A stretch of DNA of 64,000 bases, from NCBI GenBank assembly GCA_026770705.1, contig JANJGN010000387.1, positions 434,001 through 498,000 on the forward strand, in the 5' to 3' direction. The notes under the pieces were generated by a model. It did not search any database and had not been told where the DNA came from. It worked only from the letters and a program-made list of their open reading frames with translations. A program made the translations under genes and the position numbers. Positions 12,417-26,546 of the stretch are shown one piece after another (position 1 is the first letter of the stretch; each line of letters opens with the position of its first letter). This DNA is from Isurus oxyrinchus. Lineage: Eukaryota.

Positions 12417-13798
12417 TCACCGCCATGGACTCTGCGTATCTGCAAAGACCACATCTTCCTCGGGAACGGATCACGATAGTCAGCTAGTTAGCTGTAAGGG
12501 AGAGAGCGAGAGAGAGAGAGAGAGAGAGAGAAAGGAGAGAGAAGGGAAAAATTAGTGCTGGAACTCCCAGCTACAACATCCGTTTGGCATGTGGACCATC
12601 AATACTTCATTCAACGCTGAACTGATTAATTTGCCAATGTATTAATGCTAGTCCATTTTTTATTTATATTGTCCCAAATAAAGTGGAAGTCGGAATATAA
12701 AATGACACAAAACACTTACTTTCCGTTTCATGTAAATTTTATGTAATCTAGAAATAGAGGGATTTGATCTTCACTAACGTATTAAATTGACATAAGGACA
12801 ACCTGAAAATGGCATTAAAATACAGGTCAAAGCTCAATACATTTATTCATTTATAAATACAGTAAATAATAACGTTATGAAACGTTAAACCGCTATAATA
12901 ATGAAACCAATCGAATGACAGGAAAGAAGTTATGGGTAATAACGGATTCCTATTAAATATCAGAAGGAACCAAGGTACGATGAAAAAGAAAATTTGAGCG
13001 AACACCATTGATTCAATTTGGGCTTTGCCTTTGTGGAAACTAGTCAAAGCGCATCAAAGGCTTTTTTTCAGTTCAGTGACTGCTGTAGTGGCAGATTAGG
13101 TCTCGCAGCAGTAGTGAGGATCTTCAACTGATAAAGCAGAAAGACCTCGGTCTAGAGCCTCGTCAGAAGGACGACAGAGTAGAATTCCTCAGGGGCATGG
13201 AGCTGGGCTACAGACACGCAATCGGAAGTAGGGGACAAACACAGGGCTTTCCGAACGAACACTGAGATTTCAAAATTTAGCTCAGCGAAGTAATGTGGCT
13301 ACGAGTATAATGAATTCCGGCTCCGAAGGGTATCACACAGCCTTGAAAACAAAGTGCACTTCTAAGGAGAATTGAATGCGACTGTTAACCGCAGCAACGG
13401 AGTTAAAAATAGTGGTCATCACGGGTCATCGACTGCAATGATTGCTGTTAAAGTTACGCATTGCAAATCGAACACCAATAAACATGTGGCGGGTAAACAA
13501 AAATATGGAAAATACTTACCACTATCATTTATAGTTTCACGTTAATTAGAAAATATGGTGACGTGCAATGGCTAAACATAAAGCGCCAGAGAAAAACACC
13601 CTTCCACAAATTGTATTCTTTCTCCCACAGTTTGCTCATTCACTTATCCAACAACAACCCTTCGCAATGTCCTGTCCTTCTGTAAACTATTTACTGTACC
13701 ACATGGCTTATTTTCGGCAGCAATTTGGATTCGAAACTTTCTGTTGCTTCATTTTGATCCTTCTAAATGCGGTGAAAAGCTGAGGCCCACATACAAAT
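12417..13798 (-). pseudogene. Type I membrane receptor pseudogene: Ig-like exon 13798-13520, stalk+TM exon 13127-12944, micro-exon 12747-12720, terminal exon 12491-12417 with ITIM-like relic
   Basis: Consecutive AG/GT-bounded exons with compatible phases (1,2,0). TM IESMVFAQIFFFIVPWFLLIF, basic LHKIYMKRK, tail LTS*LS*SVPEEDVVFADTQSPWR*. Several in-frame stops. Confidence 0.6.
12500..12545. repeat. (GA)n microsatellite, forming the minus-strand polypyrimidine tract of the acceptor at 12492-12493
   Basis: Direct observation. Confidence 0.9.
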
Positions 13799-15499
13799 CC
13801 TGCGAATCAGCTGTCACTTCCTGCCAATTCAACTGTATTTGCATGATCCATCAACAAATTAGATGAGCTTTGTACACACCGCAGCCATCGTGAGTTAAAT
13901 TTACATCGATATCAATGTAGATTAACAACTAAGCATGTAAAATAAATAACCCATTTAATGAAGAAATTGAGGAGTAAATTACAATTTGAATTAACAATTA
14001 AACTATATTATGCAACATCTGTATCATTGCCAAAAATCCTGTCAACACAAGAAACAGAACGCCTGGGAACTCATAAATCAATCTTAAATGTCTCGCCATT
14101 GGAGCGCAGCCAAAAACCCGTAGAAGCTATATAGTAAACATCTGACCCTCAAGGATTCACAGTTTAGCAAATGTTGATAAGAACTAATTCTGGAGAAAAA
14201 TATAGAATACAACGAACAATGCTAGATAGTACAGTAAGCTACAGAGACAAGACGCATGCCCCTGTGAAAGCCATTACCCAGACACAAAACTACAGAGACA
14301 TAGCTCAGCCATCTGTAGGATAAAAAGGGTTGAGTTATGAGAGAATTCCATTTAAAAGTTAAGAAAAATGTACACTATACGGTGAAGAAATTATACTAGA
14401 TTTTAAGAATAACTTCTTCAAATCATTATTTGTTTGAATATCCAGATTGTTCAATAAAGTGGATTTATAATCTTATGCTTTCTTACATAGGATTGCTAGG
14501 TTATATCCGGTGGTATAGTATTGATATACATATGAGTTGTAGCCTCATACTGAATTCCTCACAAACCCACATATAAGTAACAATATCGTAGAAATCTTAA
14601 GTTTCCTTTCTAAGTGCGGATATTGGTAAACTTTTAAAGAGTTTTTTCTTTCTGTAATATACCTGCAGTAATGTTCTACCCTGGCATAATTTTGTTAGTT
14701 CGACAACTCCGAGGAGCTGTCTGAGTTGTTTTGAATTTGTACAGAGCAGTTGTTGGGGGCGGGGAGCGGCGGTGGGGGAGTAAAGCAGTCGGATCAATGT
14801 TACATTTCGAAAAGGCCATAGGAAGTAATAATTGATTAGGTTCGATACATACCTATAATGAGAGAGCAGGGTCATGGGAATATTTTTGAATGAATACTGT
14901 ACTGCAATGCGAATGACGGGCAGTGCCAATTATTTTGGATAGATACTAACCTATAGTGAGAAGAAAGAAAATTGTGAGTTATTTTGGATTGGTACAGTCT
15001 TATTGTGAGAATAAAACACCAGGGTGAAATATCTCGGATTTCCAGAGGCTTACACTTAGAAAATAGGGCAGAGTGAATTATTCCAGGTTCGTACCAGGTT
15101 GAAGCGAATTGCTAGGCAATGTGAAATGTTTTGATCTGAGACAGGCATGTAATGAGAGAGCCGAGCAGTATGAATGCCCCTTGGATTGATACAGGATTGG
15201 AGTGAAAAGGCAACAATGTGTGAATTTCAAGGAGTCTTTTACTGTAGGGATATAGACGAAACAATGAATGATTTTCGATGCATTTAGGCCTGTAGTGAGA
15301 GTGCAGGGCCGACAAAATTGTTTAGGGATGATACAGGGCCACGGTGATAGAGTAAGGCACTGTGAACAATTTGGCTTTCTGCATTCATCTATTCACATTG
15401 GGAAATCCTCATATCATAATGTTACCAGGACATTTGGAGACAGAAGGAACTCATTCAGTCCTTTGCAAACATTCAGGATCTCTGAAGCACAGTTTAGTC

Positions 15500-16120
15500 A
15501 GTCTCCTCCTCCCCATTTTATCTCAGTGGCCCTTCACGTTTATTTCCATTAAGTAGCTATCACATTTCCATTTGAAATCACGAGTCATCTCCGTTTCCAC
15601 CACAATTGTAGGCAGCACTTTGAGGTCATGACCACTCGCTGCATAAACATCTTTGTTCATCACGTGCTGCCAGCACATTTCGCACCGTCCTTAAAACGTT
15701 GCACCCAAGCAACTTTACGATCGGTACATGGGAATATATTTTCTGCTGTCTACCTTACGTCAACCCGTTTAATCTAGGAAGTTTCTACCAATCATCTCAT
15801 CAATTCCCTTTCCTCCGATGAGAACAACCCAAGCTCCACTCACCGAATATTGCTGCCAAGGCGCCGCATCCTTGTTAACATACTTATGGTCAATTTCTCG
15901 ATTTATAAACTCGAAAATTCCAAAGCCTGTTGTAACGATACTTTCAACATGTCATGGCACCTTCGAATATCGATTCAGACGGACCCTCAGGTCCCTCTGT
16001 CCTTGTGCACTGTTTAGAACCTTAACATTGAATGGATATTGTTCCTCAGCGGCCATATTACTAAATCTAGCATTTCCTGGGTTAAGTCCCACATACCACT
16101 TTTATTCAGATGCTGTAGAC
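15500..16120 (-). mobile_element. Highly decayed CR1-like LINE 3' fragment
   Basis: Resembles reverse-strand CR1 tails elsewhere in the window (e.g. 32100-33260). Confidence 0.5.
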
Positions 16121-16599
16121 TTTTGAAATCAGAACTCCTCTTCCTAACTCTTTCCAACATTCTGATATGTCAGAGTCCTCGTAGTATTGTCTATGAAACA
16201 GATTAAACGTTGCGTTTCTAGTTTGATCTAAAACTAACATTGCCTTCTTCACCTTGTTTCGCGCTTTTATTTCAGTAATTGGGCGAGCACAGGCTTAGCC
16301 AATTTAGTTTAAATTATTCGCAACTACACTAGCTGTGCAACATTACTAGTCGCATCTTTGTTGCTTTGCACAATGGCCCTACTGAAGAAGTGCCTCCAGC
16401 TGATTCCCCCCCCCCCCAACCCCACATGACCACCCGCTCCCCTTCCCATACTTCCCTGATGAATCTGCACTGCTCCATGTTGAGCGCCACTTGCAAGAAA
16501 GACAAAGAGGTGCAAGGTCGCAGAATGAACTCAGGGGGCTTCAGTGTCCATCACCAAGTGCGTCTCTGAAGCACCACTAAAAATTGACCTGGTTTCATG

Positions 16600-17615
16600 C
16601 TCAAGGAAACACTGACCAGACTATGCCTGTAGTAGGTGGTGAGGGAGCCAAAAACAGGGAAGAACACACGTTACTTGATCATACGTAAACTACCTGTAGT
16701 AGATGCAGAGGCACCTATCCACCATAGTATTGGGAGAAGCCTCCAGTACACATTCTGTGTAAACATGAAAACTGTCACACTGTCGTGTTGTGTGGCGCTC
16801 CCATTGTGCTAAATCAAATCAAGAAAATCAAAGCCGGATTTCCATTAGGTGCAGTGAGCCATCAGCAGCTGTAGCATTGTATCAGATGTTAGTTTGTAAA
16901 CTCATGGCCCGTTATATCCTTCACTTTGACATTACCAACAGATGAAGGGATCAATTCTGATAAAGTGAAGGGTGTTGGACAGCATGGCAAGGCCTGCACC
17001 CACCGGACCTAAAAAGGAGGTTTCGACCTGGTGAAGAAAAAATAACCAGAAACCTGTGCAATCCAAGCAGCTTAAAAAGCTTGTGTTGACAGCACTAAGA
17101 TATCCCACAAAGAATTGGTCAAACCAAAGATCTGCAATCCTTCCACATCCAATCATGAACAGCGGTGGACAATAGAAGAATAAAGAGAAAGAGGGTATTC
17201 CAAAAATATCCCTAACCCTAAAGATGCGGGAGTTCAGCATATCAGTGCAAAAAGAGATGGTTGAAGGATGTTAATCCACATTCAGCCAGAACTCCCGAGT
17301 GGAAGATCCATCGTCCCTGGGTTCTGTCCTCACCCTATTCAATTGATTCCTTTTAATATTAAAGACGATTGAGTACAAAGGATGCCACAAAGGCAACGGG
17401 CCCGATAAAAGAGCCGGCTGTAGAATTGAAGATTAGTGCTTCAGAACAAGCCGACTCTATTTCCGACTTCTGCCCATCTTAGAAAGCTGGCAATGACTCA
17501 AACAATTGGAAGCTGCCCAAATATGGCCTGTCCAGAAAAGGAAGGAACAATCCAGTCCGGTCAAATATCGCCACATTAGTCTAAATTGCATTACAAGCAA
17601 AGTGATGGAAAGTCT
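16600..17615 (+). mobile_element. L2/CR1-superfamily LINE internal fragment (endonuclease to start of RT)
   Basis: Decayed coding motifs, e.g. CCTGTCCAGAAAAG...CAATCCAGTCCGGTCAAATATCGCCACATTAGTCTA (NYRPISL-like). Confidence 0.6.
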
Positions 17616-19579
17616 CGCCATTTTTGTTAATGGTTTGTCGAAATCATTCATGTGAATGGCGCTGTGCTTCAATAAGAGCTTCGTGGTATCTTTGTAATGT
17701 TTCCCTGTCCTTCCCTGGAACGTTGGCCACTTAAGTGATGGAAAATTTAGAGCATGTGGTGTGGGGTCGATTTCCTCGGGGCATGAGCATGAATTTGAAA
17801 TAAATATAGTTCATTGCAGTATTAATGGAGAGCTGTGCTGATTGTAGTTCGGGCAATCGGGTGGCATCTAAAACTTAAGCCAGTTTCACGATCCCAGGTG
17901 GATGCAAGAAACATCATGTGGAGAATTTGGCTTGGAGGCGCTTTATATGAATTAAAAATATCCCTATTTTTGTCCGTAGCTTCGGTCACATTGAGCAAAA
18001 CCCTGTTGCTGTGGACTGTGCGTTGACCCAAGTAATTTATTAATACTGAAATATACACAGAAGTATCGGAGTGCATGTGCTTAAAAGTACAAAGATTGGT
18101 CAAAGGGGAATATGATATTCTAACGATAATAGAAACTGCCACAATATGTGGGGTGATTGAAAGTTTCATATTCCTGTTTGCAATGCATTTTTGAATCATT
18201 CTTTTTAACTTTTTGCAAACTAAAGTTCTCTCACCTTCCCACTGTTCTGCGAGTGATGGAACATCCCAGGTAGTGTGGCAGCTCAAGTGTGATTTATCAG
18301 CTCCCAGCAGTTGGGTTATGTGTTTGATATGAGGAAGACATTCTTACTAGGACTGCAATATTGTCTCCACTCAATACAGATACCACCTTTTCAATTTATC
18401 ACTGCAATATGGCCCTAGGTGGCAAGCTCAATCTTTATTGCGCATTGCTAATTTTCTTTAGAATTTCGTGGTTAGCTGCTTTCTTGAGCCCCTTCAGTCC
18501 ATGTGCGCTATCTTCATCCATAATACTGCAAGGCAGGAAGTTTCACAGTTTGACCAAGTGATGAAAAATATTTTCAAGTTTCGAGCGTGAGTGAAATGCA
18601 GCTGCTGGTGTTTCCATGTGCCTGTTACCTTTGTTTTCCAAGACAGTAAAACCCGGACTTTGGAAGGTGCAGTTGCAGAATACTGATAACTTGATTGTTT
18701 TGCCCCATGGGATGTGGGCATCGCGTAGAAGGCCATATTTGTTATCAATTTGAGCGCAGTTATGAGGCAGACATTTTACTGTGGGTCTGCAGCCACATGT
18801 AGGCCAGATCGGGTAAGGACGGCACATTGTCTTCCCTAAAGGACTGTTGTGAAGCAGATGGGTGTTTGTAACAAACGATGACCGTTTTTTGTGGGCACAG
18901 TTACTGAGACGAGCTTGATAATCTAGTCGCATTAAATGAATTAGCTGCCATGTTATGATTTAAAACAAAGTCACAAAGATATGTGCCTCGGCCTCAGGAT
19001 CACCCTATCACTCTGCCCCGAATGTTGACATGGGGGTTCGACTATCGCAATTACATTAAATTCCAAGGGAAAGTTGTTTGAAGTCCTCATCATTGAATTG
19101 GTAACATTCTGCTCTATCCTTCCTGAATACATTCGGCATACCTGGATCTCTTGATACAGATTAGAATCACAAAATACTGTTCATTGTCGTGATAAACATA
19201 TAATACTGCTGAAAAAGACCAGTCCAGAATAGTAGATATTGCTCACAACTGGACCTGCACACACTGAATGTAACCGTGCTGAAGTAGCAATGTGCACATT
19301 AAACCTAACTACGATGATTTTAAGGAGGTCTCATTGCTTGCAATACTGATGATTTGGGATTTTTAACATTGAATCTAATGAGGTTGAACTGGAGCAGCCC
19401 ACGCCAGAAGTAACAGTGTATAACTGAACCAGTCCTCTTTGAACACTGGTGTCAAGAAATGAGATGTGGACGTTGAGAATTACTGTGCAGACCTGAGTCA
19501 TTTCACACTCATTATGGACCAGCAGGCCCCATCTTTGTGGAAAACAATCATACAAAATTGAGCATTTCACACTTGAAGG

Positions 19580-21205
19580 AAACCATGTCAATGAAATCAG
19601 TGCGATAGTGAGAGAGGGATATTTGGCTTAGAAAATCTAGATGTAGATGCAACCTGGGTGGAGCTAAGAAGCAACAATGAGTGGAAAAGATCACTTATCT
19701 GTAGACCTCCAGACAGCAGTGCCGACATAGGGGACGGCATAAAATAGGAACTTGGACTTGCATGTAACAAGGGTGCTCCAGAAATCATGGATGACTTTTA
19801 GCTACATATAGAGTGTGCAAACCAAATTAGCAATTACAATGGCGAATGGATTCCTGTAGTGTGTACGAAATGTTTTTTTTTCAGACTCGTATGTTGAGGA
19901 ACAGACTGGGGATCAGGCTATGCTAGATTTGATATAGTGAAATGAGAAGCACTTAAATCATAATCTTGTTGTGTTGGGTCCTTTGGGGAACAGTGACCAA
20001 CATGACAGAATTCTTCATTAGAATGGGAAGTGAAGTAGTCTGGTCTGAAACGAGGGTGCTAAATCTAACAAAGGAATCGACAAAGATAAGAGATTTGAGT
20101 TGGCTAAGATCGATCGGAATACTTTATTAAAAAGAAAGATGGTGCGTAGACAACGTCCAATGATTAACGAAAGTGTGCATACATTTCAAAAGTTATACTT
20201 TATTTTCTGGCCCAAAAGAACAAGACAGGAAAAACGGCCCCACCATGGGGAACAAAATAAATTAAGGATAGCTTTTGATCCAAAGAGAGTTCATGTGAAG
20301 ATGCTAGAAAAATTAACAAGCCTGAGGATTGGGAATAGTTTAGAACTCAGCAAAGGACGACCAAGAGTTTGAATACGGGGGGAAAATATTGGATGAGGGT
20401 AAACTTGCAAGTAACATAAAATTGGTCATTAAAAGCATCTATAAATATTTTTATTAAAAAACCTCACAGTCTGAAACGGGAGAATTTATAATAGAACAAT
20501 TACTTTAGCTCTGTCTTCACTTAGGGAGATATAAATAACTTCACAGAAATACGAAGGAACCTCGGGTCTATTGAGAAGGAAGAATTCAACGAAATTAATG
20601 TTACAAATACAATTGTGCTGGAGAAAGTAATCGGACTGAAAGCCAATCAATCCCCAAGGCCTGATAATATACATCTTGGGGTACTAAAGGAGGTGGCCAT
20701 GTAAATAGTGAGTGTAGTGGTTGTCAACTTCCAAAATTATGTAGATTCTGCAACAGTGCCGGCAGATTGCAGGGTGTTAACTATAACCCCGCTATTTAAA
20801 AAAATGAGCGAGGGAGAAAACAACGAATTACACACCAGTCAGCTGAACCTCAATAGTAGGGAAAATGCTAGAGTCTATTGTAGAGTATGTGATAACAGGA
20901 CACTTCAAAAATATCAATGGGATGAGACAAAGTCAACATGTATCCATCAGGGGAAATCATGTTTAACAAACCTACTGGAGTTTTTAAGGACGTAACCTGC
21001 AAAAAAGATAAGGGAGAACAAGTGGCTGTGATGTATTTGGAATATCAGAAAGTCTTTGACAAAGACCCACATAAAAGGTAAGCGTGTAAAATTAAAGACA
21101 GTAAAGAGAGCAGGAATAAGCGGGTCTTCTTTGGCGTGGCAGGCGGTGACAAGTAGACTAGCAGGGATCAGTGCTTTGGCCCGAGCTATTTATAATATAT
21201 ATAAA

Positions 21206-21245
<40 letters not shown>

Positions 21246-22150
21246 TATAATATATATCAATGATTTGCATGACGCAACAAAAGGCAATACTTCCAATTTT
21301 TGATGACACGAAACTTGGTGAGGATGTGAGCGATGAGGCGAGTGTTCAGGCGCTTCAAGGCAACTTACGCAGGTTGAGAGATTGGAAAAATAAGTGTGAA
21401 CTTATCTACTATGGCAGGAAAAGCAGATTGGCAGAATATTATTTAACTGGTGATTAATTTGGAAATGTTGATGTGCAAAGGGACCGAGATGCCCTTACGC
21501 AGCAATCACTGAAAGCAAGCATGCTAGTGCAGCAAGCACTTAAGGACGTAAATGGTACGTTGACCTTTATTGCGATAGGATTTGAGAGCAGCAGCAACGA
21601 TGTCTTACTGCAGCTGTGCATGGTCATTGTGAGATCACACCTGGAGTAGTGTGTGCAGTTCTGGTCTCCTTACCTAAGAAAGGATATATTTGCCGTAGAG
21701 GGAGTTCAGCAAATGTCCGCCACGCTGATTTCTGGGCTCGTATTCATTGGATCTCAGAAGAATGAGAGGCGATCGCATTGAAACATATGAAACTCTGACA
21801 GGGATCTACAGGCTGGTGCAGGGATGATATTTCCTCTGACTCGAGCGTCTAGAACAAGGGGTCACAGACTCAGGATACGGGGTAGACCATCTAGGACTGA
21901 AATGACGAGAAACGTCTTCAATCAGAAGGTGGCGAACCTGTGGAATTCTCTAGCACAGAAAGCTGTGGAGGTCAAGTCACTGGATATATTTAAGAAGTAA
22001 ATAAATAGACTTCTAGCCTTCAGATGCATCAAGGGGTATGGGGAGAGTGCAGGACTAAGGTGTTGAGATAGAGGATCAGCCATCATCAAACTGAATGGCG
22101 GAGCAAGCTCGAAGGGCTCGAAGGAGTAATCCTACTCCTATTTTCAATAT
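19580..22150 (+). mobile_element. CR1-like LINE, decayed (endonuclease to RT to 3' tail), interrupted by (TA)n at ~21190-21258
   Basis: Fragments VPADCRVLTITPLFKK, GKSCLTNLLEF, DDTKLG; CR1-type tail. Confidence 0.88.
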
Positions 22151-23092
22151 TTTGGTGGATAATTTTTTCCGGACACTGAAAGAAAGTATGAGGAATTAAC
22201 TATCTGTGCAAGATTTATAACACTGCTTCACATGTGCACATTGAAGATAGCAGTTAAAATGGGGCCTGTCCATATTCATTGCAAGATGACTGAACTGGGC
22301 CTTTGCAGACTTAGTGCAGCCGTGCATAATCTGGCCTGGCGCCACGGAAAGCGATTTACGGGAAAAGGACGTGCACACTTACCCTTCCTTATCCGTCATG
22401 AACTAATGTAACGTGGCAGAAATGGAGCCTCGACACATCACATAACCATACCGAACTGGAACGGTCCACATTAACTAGAATCGTGCTCAACTGGACCTCC
22501 GTTTACGGAGTTTAAGCGTACTCTCTATAATAATGCATAATTAACGCATAAGCGCCTGATTGCATCTGACCAAGTAAAACGTAGCCGTTCACAGCTACAC
22601 AGCTATGCACACTCACTACAGCTGGATTTGACATGTCTGCAATGAATTTAACTGATGTGGAATAATCTACACTGCAAGAAGCCGTACAGAAGATTTGAGT
22701 ACTTTAAAGCTAAATAAAGGTGATGAGTTGAACATTTCCATACCAAATGCGAACAGAATGAGACAAAAAATGCTGGAAATACACAATAGACCGTTCAGCA
22801 TCTGTGCAGAGAAAACGGTAAAAGGTTCAGATCCATGACTTTACATCGAAATTGGGGAATAGGTAGCAATGGAAGAGTTTTTGTTTTCACTATAACGGCG
22901 GGAAACGGTTGTGATAAAGGGCTGATGATAAACAAACATCAATGTAGGTTTGTGTTAATGTGGAAGACAGAAGGGCACTTTGTGAGGATGTTCCTCCAGA
23001 ACAATGTCAGTGACCTTGAAGAGCTTTCTACTCCGTCAAAACAAAAATAATTTCCCGTCAGCTGCAGCACGAGCATCTTTCTTTCAATTAGC

Positions 23093-23155
23093 GTAATTAT
23101 TGCAAAAGATCAAAGCGTCTAACTGTCTCCCTGGAGGCTGGCGTGAGATATATAT
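23093..23155 (+). promoter_or_regulatory. Promoter of GPCR 2: GTAATTATTG (23093), O/E-like TCTCCCTGGAG (23126), TATATAT (23149)
   Basis: Same offsets (33, 23, and 57 bp to ATG) as GPCR 1. Confidence 0.7.
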
Positions 23156-23205
23156 GTGACTGTCTTTAGTTGTGGTGCAGAACACACTCGCAGCTGGTGA
23201 CAGAA

Positions 23206-25574
23206 ATGCACGGATTGCCAAAAGGTCTTATTTTCATCATATATTATCCCGTCATTGCAGCGATCGGGATTCCAGGTTAAGTATTTTGGTTTGCTATGCT
23301 ATTGAAATCATTGTTTAATCACTTCTCTTTGGTTTGCTTTCATTTTAGTGAATCATTGTTCGTATTTAGGAGCTTTGCTTCTACATGGTACGATATTCTT
23401 TCTCCCATTAAACAGGACAATCTATCAACATTACGGCGACATCGTCCCAATTTATCACGCTAGACAATGTCACTTTTTTCCACTTCAAGGGAAATGCTTA
23501 ATTTAATTCTCCATTTTAGCAACAAAATTGTTTTCTTTTACTGACATGATTAGTCGTCATCACATGTCGAGTCGCTCAAGTTTGTCTGTGCCATTTCTTC
23601 CCTTGAACATAGTTTCTCCCCAATGCAAGAATAATATTTCAGCAGTAACAATGAACTATCTTCCCTGAGCTAGTAACATTTAGTCAGTTTAATTGGACAC
23701 TTTCATCTGTTTACCGCCACCGATCGAGGTTTTAGATGTTCTTTTATTTTATTCTTGGTATTTTTAAAAAGCGTAATGTATAACGCTGTTACCACTGAGG
23801 AAATGTTTTTCTATTGTTTCAATGGCATTGTCACCGTCGGTGAATTATTATAGAGGAACTGTATCTGTATTATGCATTATCTCATTCTTTTCCCTTTAAC
23901 CTTTCGTTGGAATATGAACAGTATTTATCTGATAAATCTGTGCAGAATATTAAATGACTGGCCTAGGGTTTCTTGCCTTAACGGAATCCTGGCACCCTGG
24001 GCGGCGAAGAATTCTCAGGGAGCTGAAGTTGGGCTTGAATCCAGGACATTTTGACTCTAAAGTTTGACGTCTTTCAACTTAACAGCAACTGAACCTTAAA
24101 CTGTGTGTGGATTTCCACCCTGCTGTGAAGGACAGTTGTGTTCGCTGCACGTCATCATAACTCAGGAGTGCTAGTTACCCTTTATTTCCTTCCAAAGGAG
24201 TTTTTTCTTTCCATTTTAGCTGTTCTCATTTGCTGGATTATGCCCACAAGAGTAACACTTTGTACTTAATTCCATTCAACGCCATCTACTCAGTTTCTGT
24301 CAAATTATTAGGTCGATTTAACATTGTGTACCTTTCTTTTTCCAATGTCCTAGCCTGTTCTTCTCTAAACAGCAAGCAAGCGGATACTTGATCGTTTTTC
24401 ATTTAACTGAGTAACAACGCAGCAATTTGAATATTCACTATAGGGCTGAGCCCGCATTCCTCCTGTAAATCAGCACAGTATTGACAACTTGCTGCATTTT
24501 GGAAAGAGTCTTTCTTTCTCCACTGGAGCATATAAGTCATAGGACTGAAATGGGAACATTGCTCTCTTTTCATGACCAATGCTGTATTTGTGAGTTTCTC
24601 AACATTTTCTGTTCTATATTCATTTGTCCCCACCGCAAACTTACTGGTTATATTCCTCTGTCACAGCTAATTTGGCAGTAATTGTGATCCTGTCTCGAGG
24701 AAGATGCGGTCTCACTGGATGTATCACATACTACCTGATGTCCATGGCCGTGACGGATCTCCTGATCATGATCCTTGCTGTGATGTTAAACCGGATTGTA
24801 GGTACATATTTCCCGTTCAGTTTCCTCTCCATCACTCCGGCCTTTGCTCTTAGTCTTGTGTTCATATATGGCGTCAGGGATTCTTCTGTCTGGGTGACAG
24901 TTGCTTTCACCTTTGATCGATTTGTAGCCATTTGTTGTCAGAAGCTGAAAACCAAATATTGCACCAAGAAATCGGCAGCTGTGGTCATAGGAACTGTCTG
25001 CGTTGTGCATTGTGCTAAAAAAATACCCTTGTACTTTGCTTGTGAACCTTCTGTTATCACGGACAATACACCCTGGTACTGCAAACTGAAGCCAATATAT
25101 TATTTGTCACCCGGATGGGTGGCATATGACAGCATAAATGCCGTTTTAACCCCTTGTCTCCCATTCGTTCTTATTTTGCTGCTCAATGTTCTGACGGTCA
25201 GGCACATTGTTGTGGCCAGTCGAGCCCGCAGAAGACTCCGAGCGCACAGCAAGAGCGAGAAACAAAGCGACCCAGAGATGGAGAAGAGGAGAAAGTCCAT
25301 CGTTTTACTCTTTGCCATCTCGGGAAGTTTCATCCTGTTATATTTCCTCGCTCTTATAACTTTCCTCTACGCACGAATTGCCAGCGTTAGTTATTTCGAT
25401 GGCTCGAATTTCAATCAATCAAATGTTATACTGGAGGAATGCGGACTTATGCTGCAGCTTTTAAGTTCCTGCATCAACCCCTTTATTTATGCAGGTACCC
25501 AGAGTAAATTCAGAGAGGAGTTAAAGAATGGTGTGAAATATCCATTGAGTCTGATTGTTAATTTTTTTAAATGA
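23206..25574 (+). CDS. Class A GPCR, GPR139/GPR142-like (paralog 2); exon 1 23206-23275, exon 2 24667-25574; ~325 aa
   Basis: Exon 1 MHGLPKGLIFIIYYPVIAAIGIP, donor CCAG|GTTAAG, acceptor CACAG|CT. Motifs MAVTDL, FTFDRFVAIC, NPFIY; intact frame. Confidence 0.93.
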
Positions 25575-26546
25575 TGAAAGCAGTGAAATCCAACATGAAT
25601 TCTACATTATACCCCACCCATTGCTGTTGCTGTACATGTTACATATGGCTTCAACCCGCAGAAACAGAGTTACCTCCTGCCCGAGGTGTGAATTCAGAAT
25701 TATATAACTAACTCTGCATTTTCCCAGTTAGTTTTTATTTTTTGTCCCCTTTCCAGAGCGGGCCTGGTACATTCCCAACTGTCCCTAAGGTCCCGGGGTG
25801 TCTCGACGTTCATGTAGGAGACAAAGTATCCGACAAAAATGTATAACTTGGCAACAAAGTTTCACTATTAAGTGTAGGAACCTTGCTATCTCCCCTTCCT
25901 ATGTTTTGGAACTTGATGGTAGATGGCGCCCTGAAATGGAAACGGACACTGTCCCCACCCATTGATCTATATTGAGCAGTCTCCGCTTCACACTTGAACT
26001 CTTTTTCCCATAAACATAGCAAGAGGGAACTGGAATATTACAGACACAGATAAAGGAAACATTTTGTTCGCCTCTTCCATTTGGCAATGGAGGGGAAATC
26101 CGCAGAGTCATCATACAGTACAAGTTACACTGGCAACAATCTCCCCTTTTAAATGATTACAAATCGCAACTGGCCAGAACAAAAAAAAACAAATTTAATG
26201 GAAACATTATCTTCACCATCCACAATGCATTATAAAAGTTTATTGCCATCCTGATACAGAAACAGTAATTAGAATGGAATTGTGGGTTACGCTTCACAAT
26301 GACCCCCTATCCCAATCGTGGATAAATACTACACACTTGCTGTTATTTGGAATTTCCCGTGTCGTGACTTACAACCACACCGAAAGTCTCAAGACTCAGC
26401 ATTGATCTCAGCAGAAAATCCAATCCAAGGCATTCATGCTGTGTACATATTATCATTTGTTATGTCTTCCGATGTTAATTGAAACAAACCGATTGCTCTG
26501 CACTTTATAAGGGATTTGTCTAAAGGATTAAGTAGCAGAAAAATGC

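Noticed and set aside
12421-12454. Apparent leader MWSLQIRRVHG|GT for Ig exon copy B
   Set aside because: Too short and polar; better explained as another frame of the terminal exon that follows a strong acceptor.
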